Assembly: GCA_950097015.1 (NCBI GenBank)
Contig: CATNEN010000027.1
Location: 682,001-746,000 of the forward strand
Origin: Macrostomum hystrix
Taxonomy: Eukaryota > Animalia > Platyhelminthes
Length of the DNA: 64,000 nucleotides
Reading direction: 5' to 3'
Every line of letters begins with the position of its first letter. The first letter of the stretch is position 1. The translations under genes and the position numbers were made by a program. This document shows positions 37,410 through 47,057 of the stretch, piece after piece. The notes under the pieces are model-generated. The model was given only the letters and a program-made list of their open reading frames with translations, was not told where the DNA came from and did not search any database.

Positions 37410-37721
37410 ATGGCAACCAGGTGTGGCGGCGTAAGCACCAGCCGGGAGCCGAGTGAGGCGGATGTGGCCCTGCTGGCTACTGTGCGAGCCAGCGTTGAGG
37501 CGCGGCTTGGCCGCTCGGTCGACCGGTTTGAACCGGTTCTCATTGCCAGTCAGGTGGTAGCCGGCACGAACTATTTTGCCAAGGTGCGCATCGGTGATGC
37601 AGAGTTCATCCACCTGCGCGTGTTCCAGCCGCTGCCGCACACCAAGGAGGCCGCCAGACTGTCCGGCCTGCGGATTGAGAAATCCGCTGAGGACCCAGTT
37701 GAGTACTTTGAGGCTAACTGA
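37410..37721 (+). CDS. Type-1 cystatin (stefin/cystatin-B-like), intronless, 103 aa
   Basis: N-terminal CGG, QVVAGTNYFAKV reactive loop, FIHLRVFQPLP, C-terminal DPVEYF; no signal peptide. Confidence 0.92.
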   Translation: MATRCGGVSTSREPSEADVALLATVRASVEARLGRSVDRFEPVLIASQVVAGTNYFAKVRIGDAEFIHLRVFQPLPHTKEAARLSGLRIEKSAEDPVEYFEAN

Positions 37722-38315
37722 CGCCGCGTTTACATATTCTGCGAAAAATTGGGTAAACAATTCCTAGCGGCTATGATTTTTTAAAGATTTCGAATCCGCT
37801 CGCTTATGAATTTAGTTCTTTACTTTAAGTAGTATACCGAAGTTTTCAACAATTTCCTATTTTTCTGAAGTAGTGCAATTTGTGCTATTTTTGCAAAACA
37901 ATTGTGAATTTTTCAAAATACAATTCCTTTTTTGTCTCTCGATGCAATCTTTTAATATCCTTTGACTTTCCTGTCATTTACCAAGTCTTCTTGTTGTAGG
38001 CTCTATATGCGTAGAACCTTGATTTAGTCTTCTCAATTCTATAAATTTTATAATTAGGATTTTTAGTCAATCAATTTTATTGCTTTGATTTCACAGTTTT
38101 ACAAGCTTAATTAAACACTCAGACAATGGCTGCTTCATTTTAGTAGCTAATTTTTAGATTTACCAAATTCAAATCAATCAGAACGTTTGTGCAGTAAGTT
38201 TTTTATTTAGAATCAGTTAGTTGTCTTCGTTCTTAAAAGTAAAAAAGGGACCAAAAAGATGTGTTTCTTGCACTAGTCTCTGAGATAAATTTCGCGCCTG
38301 TTGAACGTGGGCAAT

Positions 38316-40686
38316 TGAAATAGTGCGGGTCTTTTGCTAGCCGATGACCGCCCTCATGAAAGATAGGAGTGTGGAAAACGACGATAGAGTCGGAGGTCGA
38401 TCGCTGCTGCCGCGAGTTGTCGCAGAGAGGGATGACGAAGGGAGGGATGAAGGGAGAGATGAAGGGAGAGATGAGGCGGTACAAAGGATGCAAGTGAGTG
38501 GTCCTATTGGCCTCAGGCTGGCCAGTCCCACCCAACCCATAGGCCACAGGCATGACTGCCGTGCCCACCCCTAGCAGTGCTCGAAACCGGCTAAAAGTCT
38601 AAAAAGATGTCGGACTACCCGCAAGCGAATAGGACAGGGCTAGATAGTCTACTGTCATCAGTAGCATGTTCGTAACTGACTCCTAACTTTGGTAGCAGTG
38701 GTCGACTCGGCCTAGGCTCTTGTCTTAGAAATGCGGAAAGGCTATCGGCAAAGCGGATAATGATCGAAGGTAGCGCCACCACCCAATGCGCCTGCGTCGC
38801 CACCGCAGACATTTGGGAACTTGGGTCCCCGGAGCTCGCAGCTCCCAGTTTGTCACACAGATCTTAGACAAGCCGAAAAATAGAGCATTCTGTAACTTCC
38901 GTTTTAGACTAGGGTGAGAACCCCAGAATGGATCGAGTCACGCCTCACAAGGGGATTCCTGAAACTGCGCTACAGTGGTCTAGAAAGGTGGTACTCCGAA
39001 CCCGAATGAGAAATCCATAGCCAGAATCCTACTCATGAGACATTAGACACATTCCGTACATTAGACTGCAGCCTACTCATTAGATAACTAGCGAGCCGAT
39101 TCTGTGTGAGTTGAGGAGAACAGAGGCAGGAGAGATTAAGCTGAACACTGGCTGAGTGATTATGCAAGCAGGAAATTATTAGATCACACCCCTCGCTCCC
39201 ATGGCGGCGGCAGCGAGAGGCGGGGAACAGAAGGGAAACATTAATTGACAAGGGAGGTTGACACGCACTCCTTGATCTGCCAGAAAGAGAGGAAAAACCC
39301 GCCAAGGAATTCCCCCACCCCTAGCAGAGAAACACATGCTACGCTCCGCATATTACTCGCAAATCCCTAGCTCCTTATTACTTTCATGCGCGCTCACAGT
39401 TATCCTCCTGCCGCAGCTTTCAGCTAGGCATCACCAGAGCCCATCCCCCTAATAAGTTAGCCACTCATGATCGAGGGCTGTCTAACGATAAAATAAGAGA
39501 AAGTGGAATGCATAGTAAAAAGGATTTAAGTTGTTATTAAGTTGCCCAATAAGTTAGATAAGCTGTGATTTAATAGTTTTATTAGGCTAAATCAAATCCC
39601 CGCCCTTGCCCTTATTACCCACTAGCTAAATAGTAAATCCCTTAGGGATAGCAATAAAAGTCCGCTGCGCGGGTTACTTATCTGACTACGCTGGTTGACA
39701 GGCTGCAGGCCGTCGATCTCGCGGGGGAATGCAAATGAACGGGGGAAAAGGTGAGGGATTGCTGAGTACAGTTGGCAAGGGGCCAGACTGCAGGGAGCTC
39801 AAGGCTCAATTTGGAGCGCACCTAAGGAGGTGGCTTGCGCTTAAGGGCACTAGCAGGTAGTTGCCTGCTGCTATGCTCTGGAGCCTTAGGCTCAGGGACT
39901 AGGTGCTAGCCTAGAAGGGGGAGAGTCCACGGACCGAGTTCCGGGACCGGACAAGGGAAAAAGGTTGTAAGGGCGGAAAGGGTAGGTTCGGGGGAAGGTT
40001 GCCGGGAAAGGCTCCCGGAAAAAAGGAAAAGGTGTCCTGGGAAGGTTGTCCTAGGGGCAGCGCAGCGCGCTCTCTTAAATAGTCCTGCAACTCCGCCAAC
40101 CTCGCATTCATCAAAATAACCCACATGCTCGCCGGCCTGTCAGCGAGGAATCGGGTCGGCATAATGCCACCCCAATTGCCCACTGAAGCGGCGGCGAGAA
40201 TCGCCAGATGCCCCACTAGGAGCGTCTGCCGGCAGTCGGCCAATGATTGTGATCCCGCCGGGATATGGGAAGCGCAGGCGCCGACCTGCCTATAGTGTCG
40301 TTACATGTATCTAAAGGGGGAAAGGTCATAATCGAGCTTCGGCTCGGGTTACAGTAAAGAAGAGGGACATGAAGAATTAAAGCTCACTCTAAACGCATGA
40401 GTGATCCCGACAATCTGATCGCGGTTTGGAGGGGAATTATAACCTAAACTAGTCCATACAGTATTGCTATTTCCGCGATCAGTCACTCCTACAGGGGACT
40501 AGACAGATCCGAGACAAAGGGAATCGGCGGCTACTTAATTCACCTCCGCCCCAAGTCTGGCCCTAAGATTAATGATGGTGTTCTGCGGCCAGCTGCTATG
40601 TGGGTCGCGATTATTAACTTGCTAAAAATGGAAAAGTTTGGCTGGCTCACAACCCCACTCGATTCCGAAGTACACTCCACATCACA
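38316..40686 (-). repeat. 3' LTR (2371 bp)
   Basis: Six ORFs lying wholly inside the repeat translate identically in both copies at offset 6195. Confidence 0.93.
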
Positions 40687-40706
40687 CCGCCCTTGCTCAC
40701 TTTCAC
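40687..40706 (-). promoter_or_regulatory. Polypurine tract
   Basis: - strand GAAAGTGAGCAAGGGCGG immediately before the TGTGATG start of the 3' LTR. Confidence 0.7.
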
Positions 40707-43700
40707 GTAAGACACTTACGTGCTTACTGTTAGTAGTGGGGTGTCCCGCGAATCGAGGGGGCAAAAACTTACATTACCCTACTGCATACCGTAAAGAATC
40801 CTAAGAAGAAAACCGCTAGAGAAGAAATCCTAAGTTATCGTACGTAACAATACTGCTATAAATAGATTTTGTGCGAGAGTGTAAAAGGTCGGCGCCCCTA
40901 GCGACTAAGGGATAAAGTCCTGAGGGGAGGTGGGTGCGCATTCCGGCTGAGTTAAGGTTGTTCTCGTTGCCCAGGGGTGCCGTGTCCCGGCTCGCCTTCT
41001 CCTCCAGGTGGCTGCAGCTGTCCCCGTCTTTCCTTGCCCGGCTTGGTCTCGGTTGCGCAATCCCGGGAGGCTCCGGCCGTTTTCTCCTTAAGTCCGAGGG
41101 TCCGGCCGTGCTCTTCCCCAGGTGGCTCCGGGTTGGTTGGTCCGTTCGCGCCTTCCCGATTCCGTTGCCGGGCCGTGGTAGCCTCTGATTCGCCGCGCGC
41201 CCAGGTGTTTTCAGCTGGCCGGGCCCGAAAATTCTCGTCGGGCCGGTTGCCTAGCCGTTGTGCGCGGCCCAATCGGCGCTGCAGCTGGTCGCAGCTGGGG
41301 AAACCGCTGCTCAGGCCGCTTGTAATGCTGTTGCCGGCCGAGGTGTCTCCTCACCGAAAAGGTCAGGGCCCCAACAACTAAACTGTTACCATGAGCCCCC
41401 TAAACTGGTTCTGCCCGGAATTCCCACTTTGCTCCCATTGGCTGGCGGTTAGACCGCCACGTCTCCCTAAATTAGCCCTATAAAAGCAAACACTGGACGC
41501 CCCATTAACCTCAAGCCTGTTATCTCGTAAACACAAAATAAATCTGACTGCAATTGCCGCCATACTGAATCTGACATCCTTGTGAATCGCGTACGTCCTG
41601 ACTACATAATGGCCCAGCAGCAACCTGACGGAGAGAGGTGAGTTATTACTTCTACTCGGCCCCCCAAGGCCGGTTATTAAGGATTATTGCGAGGGTTATT
41701 GCATGAGAATTAGAATAACTAGAATCCCCCCCTACCCACGGCACGCCATCTATCCCGAGAATCTGAAATTGACCCCGACCCGAACTGTGACAAACCCTCC
41801 CCCAAATATAGATAGATTACATTGTGAGTTATTTGAAATGCAATTACCCGCTCTATTCCTAGATGAACATTACTGCTCAAGTTTTACAACCGCCTAGTAA
41901 CCAAAAAAACTAACTGATAGACTGTCAATGAGTTTTGAAACGTCTGGAACCTTAATTCATGCGATTTATTACTATTCCACCCCTCCAGGTACCTAGATTT
42001 GAATGCCCAGCTGCTAACTTCTGGCTCCCAAATAATGTTTTTTTTTTCTGACCCCTCTAATCCTAACAAAGGAAAAGTTATCATTTTTAAAATCTGTCGT
42101 TCATTGAAACAGCCAGATTGTTTTCCCTCCCAGAGTTTGAATACCTGATCCTACCGGCCTCTTGATTTACGACCGCCCACTCTTTAAACAAACATTAAGA
42201 AGAAAATTCCCGAAACATACCACCCCGCTCACTTTAGCGGGTTGGTATACCCCCTAAATAGAAGCCGGTATAGCTAAACTCCCGAAACCAAGCATAGAGA
42301 ACATGTAAGATAAGCAAGTTTGCGAAAAGTAAGTGCGAACCCTAGTTTGCGGCAGTTATTACGAAAACGTTTCATGCGAAAATTCTTACGAAGGGGAATT
42401 TCACCCCACTAAATATGTTTTTGGATTTTGATTAGTTTATATAAGTTTTTAAGAGGTTTTGGCGCCGAGATGGCCTTTTTTTGATTTGAACCGCCTTCCC
42501 ACCCTTAAAGAAAACATAGAATTTCCCAAGGCATACCACCCCGCTCACTTTAGCGGGTTGGTGTCCCTCCTAATTTAGAAGTTGTCCTAAATTGAACTCC
42601 CACAGACCCACCAATAAGAACAAGATAAGGCAGAGGTGCCATGCATGATGTGGTGCGATTAAAGTAAAATGCTCTTTAAGAAAAGAAGGTGCATGCCCTA
42701 GATTGCTACAATTAGATAGGCATCTCATGCGAAAAAGTACTAGGGGAATTTCACCCCACTAGGTATGTTTTTGGGTTTCTGGCTAAATTATAAGAATTTT
42801 TATGAGATTTTTGTGCCAAGGCGGCTTTGATGAAAAAGAAAAACAGTTAGTGAGAAGATGTAGCTCGCTAAGCAAAATGATTTGGAGGAGGGCTTGGTCC
42901 CCTAGCGCGACCGTGTGGGTGCGTCTGGGCCCGCGCGGCTGTGCGCTGCCTACCCTCAGTCTGGGTCAGCGTCACTCGATGTAGCCCAGGGCTCGGAGCC
43001 GATCTCGGATTCGCGGAAACGAATCCTTCTGGCATAGCCCCAGCGCTCGGGAGGTCTGATGCCTTCCCGAGGTCGCAGTTGCGTGCAGAGGCCGCCTTTC
43101 CTGGCCCCTCTCCGCGGGGACAGCCCTACCTCCAATCGGACGGGGGCGCCAATTGTCTCGACGACCTCACCCTCCTGGTCGGACATTTTCGGCCAAAAGA
43201 GGAATGAGGGTTTTGCGAATGAAAAAGAGGGGGTCTGTCGCTAATGCAACAATGGGGGAGGAGAGGAACAGGGAAGACACAGATCACGACTGGGGATCGT
43301 GCGAGGGGGAAAGAAAATGAGCCTGAGCTGTCAAGTCCAGCCCTGATTAATGATGCGGCGAATTCCCTACTCCTAGCAAGCAACCCTACCGCAAAAAGGA
43401 TCAAAGATCAATGAGAGAGAAAAAGGGCCCAGGGCCCTGGCTAGCTTTGCTTCCAGCCTTGGCTACTGACAACTGTTTGCGCGCACTTAAGTTTGGGACA
43501 TAGAAGTCTAGGTTTTAACTTAGCACTCGTTCTGCAACCCTATAGCGGACTGTTGCACTATAGGTACGGCGGGGTCAGTACTACTGCAAGCTTGCGCCTG
43601 CAACAGCCTATCACCCTACCTTGGAAAGTACACGCCTCAATAAGATACTCAGAGGAGGGATAATCCCCGACTCGTTCAGGGAGTCATCGATTCCCGGCTG

Positions 43701-44491
43701 CATTGCCGGGGGCCCCCCTCGCGATTTACGAGACTGGGAAGCCCAGGGGGGATATACCTGGGATCTCGCTCGGGTAGGAGTCCATGGCTAAAGCCTGGCT
43801 ACCCCATTTAGAAAACCCCCCAGAGAATCTCTTAGAAAAACGTGCCGACCGAATTCTAGCCCATACTTGAAGTAGGCAGCTTCGAGAGGCGGGCACGGGG
43901 GTCGCTAGACCTCCCTCAGAAGTCCCACCTCCCTAACTGTTCCCCACCAAAGTCAGACTTGGTCAAAGCTATGTGACACATTCAGAATCAGGTACACGTA
44001 AGCAGGCCCGCAAGCTGCCCAAGAGAACCAATCCCCGGTGCTCAGCGAGTCATCGATTCCCGGCTGCATTGCCGGGGGCTCCCCTCGCTCGGTTAGAAGG
44101 CCGAAAGGCGTTGCCCGGTCCCTCGTTAAGAATGGCCCCTCCCAGAACAGTCACGCAGGAAACCCCACAGACAGTCCCTGACTCCTGCAGCAGCCACATA
44201 ACCCGAAGACACTCTAGCATGAAGTCCGCTCACACAGCCTACTCTTAGTAGAAAGTCACTAATCAGAAATTTTGGAAATCCTAACAAAATCCTTACATTA
44301 AAGTCCGAATCAAATTGAAACTGTTCAAGAAAATTAATTGACAGTTACTCGAACTGAAGTCCAGTCTCTAGAGATAAGATTTAGGCATACGGAAGATGAA
44401 ATCTAGAAGAAGCCCTTACGGCTAACTACCACAGAAATCTGCGGCGCTAAACTAACAATTGAAATTCAAGTTCGTTTCGCGCCCCTTCTAG

Positions 44492-44509
44492 ATCCCACCG
44501 CTGCCACCA
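44492..44509 (-). promoter_or_regulatory. tRNA-Leu primer-binding site
   Basis: - strand TGGTGGCAGCGGTGGGAT, 1 nt after the 5' LTR; complementary to the conserved tRNA-Leu(AAG/TAG) 3' end ATCCCACCGCTGCCA-CCA. Confidence 0.92.
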
Positions 44510-44510
44510 T

Positions 44511-46881
44511 TGAAATAGTGCGGGTCTTTTGCTAGCCGATGACCGCCCTCATGAAAGATAGGAGTGTGGAAAACGACGATAGAGTCGGAGGTCGATCGCT
44601 GCTGCCGCGAGTTGTCGCAGAGAGGGATGACGAAGGGAGGGATGAAGGGAGAGATGAAGGGAGAGATGAGGCGGTACAAAGGATGCAAGTGAGTGGTCCT
44701 ATTGGCCTCAGGCTGGCCAGTCCCACCCAACCCATAGGCCACAGGCATGACTGCCGTGCCCACCCCTAGCAGTGCTCGAAACCGGCTAAAAGTCTAAAAA
44801 GATGTCGGACTACCCGCAAGCGAATAGGACAGGGCTAGATAGTCTACTGTCATCAGTAGCATGTTCGTAACTGACTCCTAACTTTGGTAGCAGTGGTCGA
44901 CTCGGCCTAGGCTCTTGTCTTAGAAATGCGGAAAGGCTATCGGCAAAGCGGATAATGATCGAAGGTAGCGCCACCACCCAATGCGCCTGCGTCGCCACCG
45001 CAGACATTTGGGAACTTGGGTCCCCGGAGCTCGCAGCTCCCAGTTTGTCACACAGATCTTAGACAAGCCGAAAAATAGAGCATTCTGTAACTTCCGTTTT
45101 AGACTAGGGTGAGAACCCCAGAATGGATCGAGTCACGCCTCACAAGGGGATTCCTGAAACTGCGCTACAGTGGTCTAGAAAGGTGGTACTCCGAACCCGA
45201 ATGAGAAATCCATAGCCAGAATCCTACTCATGAGACATTAGACACATTCCGTACATTAGACTGCAGCCTACTCATTAGATAACTAGCGAGCCGATTCTGT
45301 GTGAGTTGAGGAGAACAGAGGCAGGAGAGATTAAGCTGAACACTGGCTGAGTGATTATGCAAGCAGGAAATTATTAGATCACACCCCTCGCTCCCATGGC
45401 GGCGGCAGCGAGAGGCGGGGAACAGAAGGGAAACATTAATTGACAAGGGAGGTTGACACGCACTCCTTGATCTGCCAGAAAGAGAGGAAAAACCCGCCAA
45501 GGAATTCCCCCACCCCTAGCAGAGAAACACATGCTACGCTCCGCATATTACTCGCAAATCCCTAGCTCCTTATTACTTTCATGCGCGCTCACAGTTATCC
45601 TCCTGCCGCAGCTTTCAGCTAGGCATCACCAGAGCCCATCCCCCTAATAAGTTAGCCACTCATGATCGAGGGCTGTCTAACGATAAAATAAGAGAAAGTG
45701 GAATGCATAGTAAAAAGGATTTAAGTTGTTATTAAGTTGCCCAATAAGTTAGATAAGCTGTGATTTAATAGTTTTATTAGGCTAAATCAAATCCCCGCCC
45801 TTGCCCTTATTACCCACTAGCTAAATAGTAAATCCCTTAGGGATAGCAATAAAAGTCCGCTGCGCGGGTTACTTATCTGACTACGCTGGTTGACAGGCTG
45901 CAGGCCGTCGATCTCGCGGGGGAATGCAAATGAACGGGGGAAAAGGTGAGGGATTGCTGAGTACAGTTGGCAAGGGGCCAGACTGCAGGGAGCTCAAGGC
46001 TCAATTTGGAGCGCACCTAAGGAGGTGGCTTGCGCTTAAGGGCACTAGCAGGTAGTTGCCTGCTGCTATGCTCTGGAGCCTTAGGCTCAGGGACTAGGTG
46101 CTAGCCTAGAAGGGGGAGAGTCCACGGACCGAGTTCCGGGACCGGACAAGGGAAAAAGGTTGTAAGGGCGGAAAGGGTAGGTTCGGGGGAAGGTTGCCGG
46201 GAAAGGCTCCCGGAAAAAAGGAAAAGGTGTCCTGGGAAGGTTGTCCTAGGGGCAGCGCAGCGCGCTCTCTTAAATAGTCCTGCAACTCCGCCAACCTCGC
46301 ATTCATCAAAATAACCCACATGCTCGCCGGCCTGTCAGCGAGGAATCGGGTCGGCATAATGCCACCCCAATTGCCCACTGAAGCGGCGGCGAGAATCGCC
46401 AGATGCCCCACTAGGAGCGTCTGCCGGCAGTCGGCCAATGATTGTGATCCCGCCGGGATATGGGAAGCGCAGGCGCCGACCTGCCTATAGTGTCGTTACA
46501 TGTATCTAAAGGGGGAAAGGTCATAATCGAGCTTCGGCTCGGGTTACAGTAAAGAAGAGGGACATGAAGAATTAAAGCTCACTCTAAACGCATGAGTGAT
46601 CCCGACAATCTGATCGCGGTTTGGAGGGGAATTATAACCTAAACTAGTCCATACAGTATTGCTATTTCCGCGATCAGTCACTCCTACAGGGGACTAGACA
46701 GATCCGAGACAAAGGGAATCGGCGGCTACTTAATTCACCTCCGCCCCAAGTCTGGCCCTAAGATTAATGATGGTGTTCTGCGGCCAGCTGCTATGTGGGT
46801 CGCGATTATTAACTTGCTAAAAATGGAAAAGTTTGGCTGGCTCACAACCCCACTCGATTCCGAAGTACACTCCACATCACA
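44511..46881 (-). repeat. 5' LTR (2371 bp)
   Basis: Copy of 38316-40686; followed by the PBS. Confidence 0.93.
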
Positions 46882-47057
46882 ATAAATAATGTATTTACAC
46901 AATCAAATGAGTTTAATTTTACACATAATACGGAATACATTGACACAATCTCCACGTAAACATGCTTCATATTGGCAACTGTACATTGGAAATATGAAAC
47001 TCGCATTCAAAGTTATTTAATGTCCTTGATAAAAATCATGTGTACAAACAATCTGCG

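Larger units (their letters stand above)
38316..46881 (-). mobile_element. Non-autonomous LTR retroelement (LARD-like): 5' LTR 46881-44511, internal 44510-40687, 3' LTR 40686-38316
   Basis: Two 2371-bp direct repeats at a constant 6195-bp offset, TG...CA termini, PBS and PPT at the expected positions, no gag/pol/env motifs in any internal ORF. Confidence 0.9.

Noticed and set aside
40687-44510. gag/pol or env in the LTR element interior (ORFs 40934-41623, 42802-43404, 43973-44248)
   Set aside because: No CCHC knuckle, protease DTG, RT YxDD, RNase H or integrase motifs; ORFs are short and GC-driven.
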